DNA of 32,000 bases from Candidatus Kuenenia stuttgartensis (GCF_900232105.1 NZ_LT934425.1:3600001-3632000); one strand, 5' to 3'. Positions 8,622-17,058 are shown, numbered from the stretch's first letter. Notes: a model not told the origin generated them from the sequence alone. Translations and numbers: made by a program.

Positions 8622-8813
8622 TTAAGCGTCTACCTCAACGGGTAGTTCCATATTTTGCATTGAAGCTTGTACCAAGGCCTCTCTGTCAATATCATCTTCA
8701 GGCTGTTTGATTCTTTCGGCGTTTCTTTCGACAAATCGTATACCATCTGCCCTGTATTTTTCCTTCAACGTTTCGCACTTTGGACAATCTTCAGCCGTAT
8801 ATATGTATTTCAT
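8622..8813 (-). CDS. Small glutaredoxin/thioredoxin-fold protein
   Basis: MKYIYTAEDCPKCETLKEKYRADGIRFVERNAERI...; CPKC redox motif after a beta strand. Track ORF extends to 8822. Confidence 0.65.
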   Translation of the reverse strand: MKYIYTAEDCPKCETLKEKYRADGIRFVERNAERIKQPEDDIDREALVQASMQNMELPVEVDA

Positions 8814-9031
8814 CGACACCATCCTTTGTATAAATATATTTGCAGGCTTTTCTCACTAACAAAATTTCAAGGTATTTTACTACAGGATAAAATAGTTTCA
8901 AGGTTAATTTTCTTGTATAAAATAAAAATATAATTACAATAAATCGTTTGCCGGTGCAAGATGCTGCAATGATAATTATTTGACTACAAAAGTTTTGTGT
9001 GCTATATTTCACCCTTACCAGGGAAGGGGTA

Positions 9032-9319
9032 ATGGTTATGAGATTTATTGGATTGCTTATTGCTGCGGCGGTGGCTGTTTGGGTTTACATGGATGCCAAA
9101 AGTAAAGGATATAAAACCATTTCTGCCGTCGGATGGATGTTAGGTGCGTTTTTGCTTATGATCGTATTTTTGCCGTTGTATTTATTTACACGGCCAAAAC
9201 AGTCGCAGGTGGAGATATTGACGCCTTGTAAATACTGTGGGAGACATTATGAGGGCAGCCCTGCGTATTGCCCCAATTGCGGGCATAAGGTTGAAGGGTA
9301 TTCATTTAACGGGGAATAA
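9032..9319 (+). CDS. Small membrane protein with C-terminal zinc ribbon
   Basis: Two hydrophobic segments followed by CKYCGRHYEGSPAYCPNCGHKV. ATG at 9032 follows GGAAGGGG. Track ORF starts at 8999 with an in-frame upstream codon. Confidence 0.75.
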   Translation: MVMRFIGLLIAAAVAVWVYMDAKSKGYKTISAVGWMLGAFLLMIVFLPLYLFTRPKQSQVEILTPCKYCGRHYEGSPAYCPNCGHKVEGYSFNGE

Positions 9320-9322
9320 ACT

Positions 9323-9763
9323 ATGGATTTAAATGAAAAGATCAAAGAAGATTTAAAATCTTCCATGAAAGTGCAGGATAAGATGAGAACCTCCGTCTTG
9401 CGTATGATGCTTGCGGATATAAAAATTGCAGAGACATCTGGCAAGCCAAGGGATCAGATAGATTATGCTGCAGTAGTTCAAGGGTATCAGAAAAAATTAA
9501 AAAAGACGCGGGAAGAGTATGAAAGGCTTTCGTTACCGGAAAAGACAAGAGAAATAGATAATGAGCTTGCTATCGTGGAGGAATATCTTCCAAAGCAGCT
9601 TTCTGATGAAGATGTTCAGAAAATTGTTAATGAAGTTGTTGACGAAAACAAATTTACCGGAAAAGAATTTGGCGTTGCAATGAAACTTATTATGAACAAA
9701 TGCGGCGGAACAGCCGATGGGAAGAGGGTTCAAACGATTTTAAAACAAAAACTAGGTTGTTGA
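9323..9763 (+). CDS. yqeY: GatB/YqeY domain-containing protein
   Basis: 146 aa: LRMMLADIKIAETSGK...EIDNELAIVEEYLPKQLSDEDVQKIV..GVAMKLIMNKCGGTADGKRVQTILKQKL. Confidence 0.92.
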   Translation: MDLNEKIKEDLKSSMKVQDKMRTSVLRMMLADIKIAETSGKPRDQIDYAAVVQGYQKKLKKTREEYERLSLPEKTREIDNELAIVEEYLPKQLSDEDVQKIVNEVVDENKFTGKEFGVAMKLIMNKCGGTADGKRVQTILKQKLGC

Positions 9764-9919
9764 GCCGTCTTCTGTCATTGAACACCCGAAGGCAGTAACA
9801 CAGCGCAGCAAGCCTCAACCAAAGATAACCTCCCCTTCTTTCGTGAGGAAGGGAAAAACCTTGCAGAAAAAGAAGTTTTTACACAGTAATAAAAGAAAAA
9901 CTTTTTCTGAATATTGTCC

Positions 9920-11269
9920 ATGCAAAATGAAAACTGGAAGGAATCGCTTCGGAATTTAGCGGCCGATGAACTTAGGAATATCAGGTCTTTTGTCGATGAA
10001 TTAATTCAGGAATCAGAAGCAAAAGCAACCATCCCTGCAACAGCAGCAGCAGCAGAAATTGCACCTGTCATTGTTTACCCGCCAGACACACCTCAGAAAT
10101 CAGGAGAAAGACGCACAGAGAAACGTTTTGATATGAAGATAAGTGGTACGTGTGCGATCCTAGATAGGAGCTTGAATGATTATTCAAATGAAGAAATACC
10201 CATTACTATTAAGGATGTTTCTCAGCACGGAATCAGGTTTATTATCAATCGTTCATTGTTGCCGTCAAACCATTTAATCATTAAATTCAGCTTATCTCCT
10301 GCCGGCGTTTCCGGCAATTTGTATCGAAAGCCGCAAAAGAAAATATCTGTGGAGGTAAGGAGGGTGCTAAAACGTTCCACTTCGTCCGGTGAAGAGTATG
10401 ATATAGGCGCTTTATCTATAGACGAGGATTCTATGGAGAAATTGCAGGAAGAGGTTAATGGTATTGAGGTTATAAAAAAACGTTGTAAAATGAAGAAAGA
10501 CCTGAAAATAATGGTGCTCTATACCAAGGAAACCCAATGCAGGGCAATTGAAAATATATTATCAAAGCAAGGGTATATTATTTTTGCGGTAAATCAAAAA
10601 CACAATGCTATGAGTATATTACGCAAAAACAAATGCGATCTTCTTGTTACTGAATTTGAATCTGCAAAGATTAATGAGTATGAATTGTTAAAAGATGTAA
10701 AGACCGAATTTGCTGATTTGGGAATAATATTGGAAATAGACTCGGTAGATACATGGATAGACCTTTTATCATTTCGTTTGGATGAATATCTCATAAAAGG
10801 TTTTAATGAAAGAGAACTCACTATTGTTGTTGAAGTGGTTTTTAAAAAAATATTGTATAAAAATATGTTTCGTCAATATATTGAAAACGAAAAACGGTCG
10901 AATCAAAATCTACTGATTGTTAGCCTCAGAGATACAGTGAGAAAACAGCTTTATGAGATTACAGACCAAAAGGGTTTGGATACCATTTTTGTCATTAATA
11001 CGGAACACGCATGGAATGTGTTAAATATGAACAAAATTGATTTTATGCTTTTAGACACTGAAATTACCGGTGAGGAGGGATTGGATTTTATTACAAAAGT
11101 AAAAAAATATTTCCCGCGTCTTTCAACTACGATACTGTCGGAAAACATTCGGGAACGTAGCAGTTATTTGATGGGTGGGGTGGATAATTTTATTGTGAAG
11201 CCAAATGATATGCAAAAATTAAAACAATATTGGGACTCGGCTATAACACAACGGTATTTTTGCCAATAA
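9920..11269 (+). CDS. PilZ domain protein with two C-terminal receiver-like domains
   Basis: PilZ-like RRTEKRFDMKISGTC...ITIKDVSQHGIRF, then two response-regulator-like repeats (ILKIMVLYTKE-type and NLLIVSLRD...DFMLLDTEITGEEGLDFI...NFIVKPND). Confidence 0.75.
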   Translation: MQNENWKESLRNLAADELRNIRSFVDELIQESEAKATIPATAAAAEIAPVIVYPPDTPQKSGERRTEKRFDMKISGTCAILDRSLNDYSNEEIPITIKDVSQHGIRFIINRSLLPSNHLIIKFSLSPAGVSGNLYRKPQKKISVEVRRVLKRSTSSGEEYDIGALSIDEDSMEKLQEEVNGIEVIKKRCKMKKDLKIMVLYTKETQCRAIENILSKQGYIIFAVNQKHNAMSILRKNKCDLLVTEFESAKINEYELLKDVKTEFADLGIILEIDSVDTWIDLLSFRLDEYLIKGFNERELTIVVEVVFKKILYKNMFRQYIENEKRSNQNLLIVSLRDTVRKQLYEITDQKGLDTIFVINTEHAWNVLNMNKIDFMLLDTEITGEEGLDFITKVKKYFPRLSTTILSENIRERSSYLMGGVDNFIVKPNDMQKLKQYWDSAITQRYFCQ

Positions 11270-13010
11270 GATCTTTTGTGCATGCACATTCAAAGGAAAG
11301 CGCCTGTGACATTCTGCTCTTATCCCTGTAAATGGTTATTCCTTTACAACCGCTTCTGTATGCCAGCAGGAAGACCTTTTCCACATCCTCAGCGGTTGAT
11401 TCTTTTGGAAAATTAATAGTTTTGGAAACGGCGTTATCGATATATTTTTGGCAGATAGATTGAATTTTTACGTGATATTCCGGTGAAATGTCTCTTGCCG
11501 TTGTAAATATTCTTTTTATATCATCTGGAATATAGGCAATATTTTGTATTGAACCCTCCCTTTTTACCTCTGCTAAAAGTTTATCAGTATACAGTCCTCT
11601 TTTTTTTGCAACGTTTTCAAAAAACGGATGGATTTCCGGTAATCCACCTTCAACGAGAACATTTCTTGTATATGCAATGGCAAACAGAGGCTCTATGCCG
11701 CTGGAACAATTGGCAATAATGCTGATAGTGCCTGTAGGCGCTATTGTTGTTCGTGTCGCATTTCTATATTTGGGGCCATTTTGCCGGGCATAAATACTTT
11801 TTTCATAGTTGGGAAACATACCGCGTTCTGATGCCAATCTCTCAGATGCTTCATTTGCTTTTCCGGAGAAGAATCTTAAAAGTTTATCAGTGAATCTCAT
11901 GGCTTCTTCTGAATTATAGGGAATATTGAGTTTTATGAGAAGGTCTGCAAATCCCATGATCCCCAATCCTATTTTTCTGTTGCCTTTGGTTAACACTTCA
12001 ATTTGAGGTAATGGATGCTTTGTTGCATCAATAACATTGTCAAGAAAGTGCACGGCAAGATGGATTGTTTTCTCCAATGTGTGCCAATTCATTTCGTAAT
12101 GATCATTTTTGTATGTAGTCATTTGCGAAACATTGACCGATCCTAAAACACATGCTTCATAAGGCAGCAGGGGCTGTTCTCCACAGGGGTTTGTTCCCTC
12201 AATACTCCCAAGCAATGGGGTAGGATTGGCGGCGTTTATGGCATCAATAAATAAAACGCCCGGCTCGCCATTTTTCCATGCGGATTGTACGATTTCCTGA
12301 AAAAGCACTTTTGCCCTTATTGTTTTGACAACCAATTTCGTTCTCGGATTAATGAGGGGAAATGGTGCGTCATTTTCCACTGCTTCCATGAATGCATTCG
12401 TAATCCCGACAGAAATGTTAAAATTTGTCAAAACACCTTCAGTATTTTTTGCATGAATAAAATCAAAAATATCGGGATGATTTACGTTCAGCGCCGCCAT
12501 ATTTGCGCCTCGTCTGAAACCACCCTGGTTTATGGCCTCCGTCGCTTCATTGAAAACCTTCATAAAGGAAACAGGGCCGCTTGCCATACCACATGAAGCG
12601 CTTACAATATCATTTTTTGGTCTTATGCGTGAGAAACTGAAACCGGTGCCGCCCCCGCTTTTGTGGATTAATGCGGCTTGTTTTACGGTATCAAATATGC
12701 CTTCGATGGAATCTTCTACAGGCAATACGAAACATGCGAGCAATTGTTGCAGATGCCTGCCTGCGTTCATTAATGCAGGTGAGTTGGGCAAAAATTGCAG
12801 TGAGGTCATAAGGTGGTAAAACTCTTCTTCCATGGAAACAATATCAGCCTTTTTATTATAAATTAAATCAACCGAGGCGATATTTTTTGCCACTCTGCGA
12901 AACATATCTTCAGGCGATTCTATGATCTTGCCTAAGACATTTCTTTTTAAATATCTCTTTTCAAGCGTCAGTTTAGCGTTTGGAGATAAGAAAAGGATAT
13001 TTTTATTCAT
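11241..13010 (-). CDS. nrdJ: Adenosylcobalamin-dependent (class II) ribonucleoside reductase
   Basis: 589 aa with NSPALMNAG, HKSGGGTGFSFSRIRP, NPCGEQPLLPYEACVLGSVNV, ATRTTIAPTGTISIIANCSSGIEP and GCKGITIYRD. Confidence 0.93.
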   Translation of the reverse strand: MNKNILFLSPNAKLTLEKRYLKRNVLGKIIESPEDMFRRVAKNIASVDLIYNKKADIVSMEEEFYHLMTSLQFLPNSPALMNAGRHLQQLLACFVLPVEDSIEGIFDTVKQAALIHKSGGGTGFSFSRIRPKNDIVSASCGMASGPVSFMKVFNEATEAINQGGFRRGANMAALNVNHPDIFDFIHAKNTEGVLTNFNISVGITNAFMEAVENDAPFPLINPRTKLVVKTIRAKVLFQEIVQSAWKNGEPGVLFIDAINAANPTPLLGSIEGTNPCGEQPLLPYEACVLGSVNVSQMTTYKNDHYEMNWHTLEKTIHLAVHFLDNVIDATKHPLPQIEVLTKGNRKIGLGIMGFADLLIKLNIPYNSEEAMRFTDKLLRFFSGKANEASERLASERGMFPNYEKSIYARQNGPKYRNATRTTIAPTGTISIIANCSSGIEPLFAIAYTRNVLVEGGLPEIHPFFENVAKKRGLYTDKLLAEVKREGSIQNIAYIPDDIKRIFTTARDISPEYHVKIQSICQKYIDNAVSKTINFPKESTAEDVEKVFLLAYRSGCKGITIYRDKSRMSQALSFECACTKDLIGKNTVVL

Positions 13011-13037
13011 ATTTTTATTGAAAAAAGTAAATTATCG

Positions 13038-13312
13038 TAACATTTTAGTCTTTTGAAAAACGTATTACCTATAAGCTCCATAGGAGCAGCCTGTTTGTAG
13101 CAAAATAGGATATTATAACAGATATTAGCTCCGTTAGGAGCGACCTGTCTCTTGTAAACCCATATTAAACAGGTCTGCCTGAATATGGACAGGCCGCTCC
13201 TACGGAGCTATTTACTCTATTGAATTTTATTGTGCTACAAACAGACCGCCCCTAACGGGGCTACATGGTATTTTTTCTATACCGGGAATTTTTCAAAAAA
13301 CTAAAGTGTTAC
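13038..13312 (-). mobile_element. MITE-like non-autonomous element, copy E2 (inverse orientation to E1)
   Basis: Terminal inverted repeats GTAACATTTTAGTCTTTTGAAAAA / (rc) GTAACACTTTAGTTTTTTGAAAAA. Exact 8-bp flanking duplication AAATTATC at 13030-13037 and 13313-13320. Reverse complement aligns almost end-to-end with E1. Confidence 0.87.
13112..13120 (-). promoter_or_regulatory. Extended -10-like motif TGTTATAAT in E2, directed at nrdJ
   Basis: ATTATAACA on the plus strand is the reverse complement of TGTTATAAT. It lies about 100 nt upstream of the nrdJ start. Confidence 0.45.
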
Positions 13313-13414
13313 AAATTATCTCTATTGCGGCATTTTATTCTTACGTTCTGCGCAAAAATATAATAAATTTTCACTCACAAAGTGTGGATAAGCTTTATGG
13401 TTAAGTCAACAGAA

Positions 13415-14479
13415 TTAAATGATCAGCATACAGTCACCGTAGCTGTAAAAGCGATATCCCTCTTTTTTGGCAATTTCATAGGCGTTAAAAATTTGTTCCC
13501 TTCCTGCAAAGGCTGAAACTAATAAGAAAAGAGTGGTTTTCGGAAGATGAAAGTTGGTAATGAGCGCATCAACGTATTGAAAAGGATATGGCGGATATAT
13601 AAACAAATCTGTATAACCAGAAAACTGATGTATGTTGTTATTCAATGCAATCGTTTCAAGCGTTCGGCATGACGTGCTTCCGGTTGCAATAATGCGTCCA
13701 CCCCGGTTTTTGGTGATAGTTATTTTTGGGAGCAATTCTTTTGTATATTCGTAATATTCTTTATGCATACGGTGATTTTTTATCTCTTCCGTTTTGATAG
13801 GCAAAAACGTGCCTAATCCGACATGAAGCGTGACAAACGCGATATCTGTTCCGCTATTTCTTATTTTTCCCAAAACATCTTCGCTGAAATGTAATCCCGC
13901 CGTTGGGGCTGCGATAGCGCCTTCCTTTTGAGCGAACACGGTCTGATATCGTTCTGCATCCAGGGTGGAAAGTGTATTGTTTTTTTTAGGACGTTTTATA
14001 TATGGAGGTAATGGCATTTCTCCGGTCCGGTGAATAAGTTCCCTTATATTCGCCCCGTTTTCTATCCGCAATATCCACGAGTTATCTTCATGTTTTACAA
14101 GTAAACAGGCTGAAACGGCGGCATTATCAAGATAAATCTTTTCTCCTTTCTTCAACAGCCCATTTGATTTTAGCAAAGCCTTCCAGTGATTACCTTCCAA
14201 TTCTTCTATGAACAATAAATCTACATATGCCCCCTGAGGTTTTTTACCAGCTATCCGTGACGGAATAACCTTCGTATTATTCAACACGAGAAGATCTTCG
14301 GGGCGGAGGTAACCGGCAATTTCACTGAATCTGCGATGTTCTATCCTGCCAGAGCGGCGATATAGAACCAAAAGCCGCGCATTATCCCTTTTTTCCGTAG
14401 GTTTTTGGGCAATAAGTTCTTTTGGAAGATCGAAATCGTAATCGGATAATTTATGAGAAATGACAGAGACGTCAGGCAT
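13415..14479 (-). CDS. queA: S-adenosylmethionine:tRNA ribosyltransferase-isomerase
   Basis: LSDYDFDLPKELIAQKPTEKRDNARLLVL...VLNNTKVIPSRI...GAIAAPTAGLHFSEDVL...HVGLGTFLPI...ATGSTSCRTLE...TNFHLPKTTLFLLVSAFAG. Start probably at internal ATG 14479; track ORF extends to 14518. Confidence 0.95.
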   Translation of the reverse strand: MPDVSVISHKLSDYDFDLPKELIAQKPTEKRDNARLLVLYRRSGRIEHRRFSEIAGYLRPEDLLVLNNTKVIPSRIAGKKPQGAYVDLLFIEELEGNHWKALLKSNGLLKKGEKIYLDNAAVSACLLVKHEDNSWILRIENGANIRELIHRTGEMPLPPYIKRPKKNNTLSTLDAERYQTVFAQKEGAIAAPTAGLHFSEDVLGKIRNSGTDIAFVTLHVGLGTFLPIKTEEIKNHRMHKEYYEYTKELLPKITITKNRGGRIIATGSTSCRTLETIALNNNIHQFSGYTDLFIYPPYPFQYVDALITNFHLPKTTLFLLVSAFAGREQIFNAYEIAKKEGYRFYSYGDCMLII

Positions 14480-14747
14480 TCCGGTATTTAGCAATGAAAA
14501 ACAGAAAATTAGAGGCACTTTGGTTTATTTACTTCATATTAAAAGACATCTAAGAAAATAACAATTAAAAAAAACAGTGTTCAATTATGGAAATTCATGA
14601 AAAAAAGAAAAACATACGCTAAATTTTAGGAAAAACATTCTTTTTTATTACTACAACATATAGTATCCGAACATGACAATATGACAACAATTTGGATAGA
14701 TAGTTAATATTACGCGGATTATGCAGAAGCAAAGGGAAAAATATTTG

Positions 14748-14775
14748 TTGACAAAAAGAAAAAATAAGATAATTT
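14748..14775 (+). promoter_or_regulatory. Candidate sigma70 promoter of the dcw cluster
   Basis: Perfect -35 TTGACA at 14748-14753, weak -10 TAATTT at 14770-14775 (16-bp spacer), just upstream of the MraZ-box repeats. Confidence 0.4.
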
Positions 14776-14786
14776 CATAGCCACAT

Positions 14787-14826
14787 AAGTGGTATAAAGT
14801 GGTATAAAGTGGTGAAAAGTGGGGAA
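14787..14826 (+). promoter_or_regulatory. MraZ operator: four GTGG repeats at exact 10-bp spacing
   Basis: AAGTGGTATA AAGTGGTATA AAGTGGTGAA AAGTGGGGAA; GTGG begins at 14789, 14799, 14809 and 14819, immediately 5' of mraZ (14832). Confidence 0.8.
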
Positions 14827-14831
14827 AGCGT

Positions 14832-15272
14832 ATGTTCACCGGAGAGTACCGACACACAATAGATACTAAAAACCGCCTTGCCATTCCGGCTTCTTTGCGT
14901 GAAAGCATTAACGAAGAAGTTGAGGGGAAAGGGTTTTATATAACGCGGGGCCTCGATACATGTCTCTTCATGTATACCCCTAAAGAATGGCAAGGTGTTG
15001 TTTCCAAAATAGAACAATCCTCTTTTACGAATAAAAAGGCGCGACAATTTCAGCGTCTTTTTTTCTCTAAAGCCCAACACATTAGCGTAACGGATCCTCA
15101 TGGTCGCATATTAATTCCTCAGTACCTCAAAGAAATTGCGAATATACAGAAAAATGTTGTTATTGTGGGCGTGAATAACCGGATTGAAATATGGGATGAA
15201 AAAAACTGGAGCGACTTTGAATCGGAAACTAACGAGGAATATGAAGAAATTGCAGAAGATTTATTCCAGTAA
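14832..15272 (+). CDS. mraZ: Transcriptional regulator MraZ
   Basis: MFTGEYRHTIDTKNRLAIPASLRE...HGRILIPQYLKE. Confidence 0.95.
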   Translation: MFTGEYRHTIDTKNRLAIPASLRESINEEVEGKGFYITRGLDTCLFMYTPKEWQGVVSKIEQSSFTNKKARQFQRLFFSKAQHISVTDPHGRILIPQYLKEIANIQKNVVIVGVNNRIEIWDEKNWSDFESETNEEYEEIAEDLFQ

Positions 15273-15381
15273 GCATGACTTTCCTTATAACCGATGAATG
15301 GCAGAAACGCATTATAATCACTGTGAAATCTATGAGATATTCCGGGATTGAACCCACGCAGGTTTTTAATGAAAATATCAT

Positions 15382-16281
15382 ATGTATGTTAAAAAAGATA
15401 ATCTGCTTCATGAGCCTGTTATGGTTGACGAGGTGTTGGAATACCTGTGTTTGCAGCCGGGGAGCATTATTCTGGATTGCACGGTAGGAGGTGGAGGGCA
15501 TGCAGGTAAAATAATGGACAGGATTAAACCTGATGGTTGTTTGATTGGTATTGATAAGGATTTTGATATGTTAAATATGACAAAAGAGTGTTTATCGGAC
15601 AGAGGATGCCCATTTAAATTGTATCATGCCGATTATGTTGATGCAGATGAAGTATTGCGGCAGGCTGGCATTGACGGAGTTCATGGTGTACTTCTCGACC
15701 TGGGTGCTTCTTCATTGCAGTTTGATAGCGCAGAGCGCGGATTTAGTTTTTCTAAAGAAGGCCCGCTTGATATGAGAATGGACCGGACGGCTTCTTTTAT
15801 GGCGCAGGATTTATTACGTAAGATATCTGAACGGGATTTGCAGGCATTGTTAAAAAAATATGGGGAAGAACGTTGGTCAAAAAGAATTGCAAGGCGGATA
15901 ATAAAAGAAAGAAGTGTATCCGGATTAAAGTCAACAACACAGTTAGCAAGGATAATAGAACGTGCTGTGCCATCTATGAGACACAGAATTCATCCTGCAA
16001 CAAGGGTCTTTCAGGCGTTGAGAATAGCAGTTAACAAAGAATTGGAAAGTTTGGAAAAATTTTTGAATAAGATTCATTTTTCTATGGTAAAAGGTGCGCG
16101 TATTGCCGTCATAAGCTTTCATTCACTGGAAGATAGAATTGTGAAAAACAGTTTTATAGAGATGGAAGATAAAAATATTTTTCACATAATAACCAAAAAA
16201 CCATTAAGGCCGGGTGCTTCTGAAATAGAAAGAAATGCGAGGAGCAGAAGCGCAAAACTCAGAGTTGCAGAAAGGATTTAA
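15382..16281 (+). CDS. rsmH: 16S rRNA (cytosine(1402)-N(4))-methyltransferase RsmH (MraW)
   Basis: HEPVMVDEVLEYL...LDCTVGGGGHAGKIM...LLDLGASSLQFDSAERGFSF...VISFHSLEDRIVK. Confidence 0.96.
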   Translation: MYVKKDNLLHEPVMVDEVLEYLCLQPGSIILDCTVGGGGHAGKIMDRIKPDGCLIGIDKDFDMLNMTKECLSDRGCPFKLYHADYVDADEVLRQAGIDGVHGVLLDLGASSLQFDSAERGFSFSKEGPLDMRMDRTASFMAQDLLRKISERDLQALLKKYGEERWSKRIARRIIKERSVSGLKSTTQLARIIERAVPSMRHRIHPATRVFQALRIAVNKELESLEKFLNKIHFSMVKGARIAVISFHSLEDRIVKNSFIEMEDKNIFHIITKKPLRPGASEIERNARSRSAKLRVAERI

Positions 16282-16282
16282 C

Positions 16283-16648
16283 ATGGAGATGTTCAGATGG
16301 TTGGTAATGTTTGCTATTATAATAACGATGGCGGTGTTGGTTGTATGGGAGAGAAATAAAACCATTGAAACAGGATATCAGATTGCACAACTGCAAAAAG
16401 ATTTTAATGAGATGTCTGAAAGAAACAAAAACCTCAATTATTATGTGCAGAAATTAAAATCACATGAGGTGATTGTAGATAAGGTAAAAACCTATCAACT
16501 GGCGCTTTTACCTAAAGAATATTTTCAGAACAGCGTGGTTGCCGGGAATATAAAGGAAAATGTGGGGCGGGATGCAAAAACAATTATGGCCGGTAATTTA
16601 TATACACAAAAAGAACAAGTATTGAAGGGTAGTGTGCTCCATAACTAG
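16283..16648 (+). CDS. ftsL: FtsL-like divisome protein (single TM plus coiled coil)
   Basis: Position between rsmH and ftsI; N-terminal TM helix (FRWLVMFAIIITMAVLVVW) then a coiled-coil-like segment. Start ATG 16283 within the 16235-16648 ORF. Confidence 0.65.
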   Translation: MEMFRWLVMFAIIITMAVLVVWERNKTIETGYQIAQLQKDFNEMSERNKNLNYYVQKLKSHEVIVDKVKTYQLALLPKEYFQNSVVAGNIKENVGRDAKTIMAGNLYTQKEQVLKGSVLHN

Positions 16649-16801
16649 TATAACGTTTCATTAAAATATCTACATTGATACCGTCATTGCGAGCGACAGC
16701 GAAGCAATCTTAAGTTTTTTGTGAACAAGAGATTGCTTCGTCGCGCCACTCCTCGCAATGACATTTTTTCACGTGCACATTTTAACGAAACGATGTACTA
16801 G
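16645..16801. mobile_element. Second MITE/palindromic repeat element between ftsL and ftsI
   Basis: Terminal inverted repeats CTAGTATAACGTTTCATTAAAATAT / (rc) CTAGTACATCGTTTCGTTAAAATGT (21/25). Internal GTCATTGCGAG...GCGAAGCAATCT / AGATTGCTTCG...CTCGCAATGAC inverted repeat. Confidence 0.7.
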
Positions 16802-16920
16802 AGATGGTTAAAGGTGAGAATTTTTCAGGAGATAGTAAAACGGTAAGATGTTATTAGTATTTGTCTGTTCAGCAGTTGGCAGTCTACAATCGGTAATCGG
16901 CAAAAGTGACCATTGCCGCC

Positions 16921-16944
16921 TGAGGATTGAGGATTGAGGATTGA
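16921..16944 (+). repeat. Short tandem repeat (TGAGGAT)x3
   Basis: TGAGGATTGAGGATTGAGGATTGA read directly. Confidence 0.8.
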
Positions 16945-16973
16945 TATTTGAACTTATTTTATTGCCTTCCTCC

Positions 16974-17014
16974 CGAACGCTTTCGGGGAAAGTTTTTTTT
17001 CTCGAAAGCGTTCG
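16974..17014. repeat. Hairpin with 12-bp perfect arms upstream of ftsI
   Basis: CGAACGCTTTCG (16974-16985) and CGAAAGCGTTCG (17003-17014). Confidence 0.75.
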
Positions 17015-17058
17015 TAAATTTCTAAAGGTATTTTTTTCTATTCTAAGGAAAGCCGGTT

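Noticed and set aside
9764-9919. CCCCTTCTTTCGTGAGGAAGGG hairpin after yqeY as a regulatory RNA
   Set aside because: Short and imperfect; could be a simple terminator or remnant and no further support is visible.
14787-14826. Possible CRISPR-like or tandem array because of regular 10-bp repeats
   Set aside because: Period of 10 bp with only four units immediately before mraZ is the MraZ operator pattern; units are far too short for CRISPR. No CRISPR array seen anywhere in the window.
14775-15101. Antisense 108-aa ORF across the MraZ box and mraZ
   Set aside because: Fully opposite the strongly supported mraZ and its operator; no family similarity recognised.
15229-15501. Antisense and alternate ORFs spanning the mraZ-rsmH junction (15229-15501, 15275-15487)
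   Set aside because: They overlap the confident mraZ end and rsmH start, and no recognisable domain is present.
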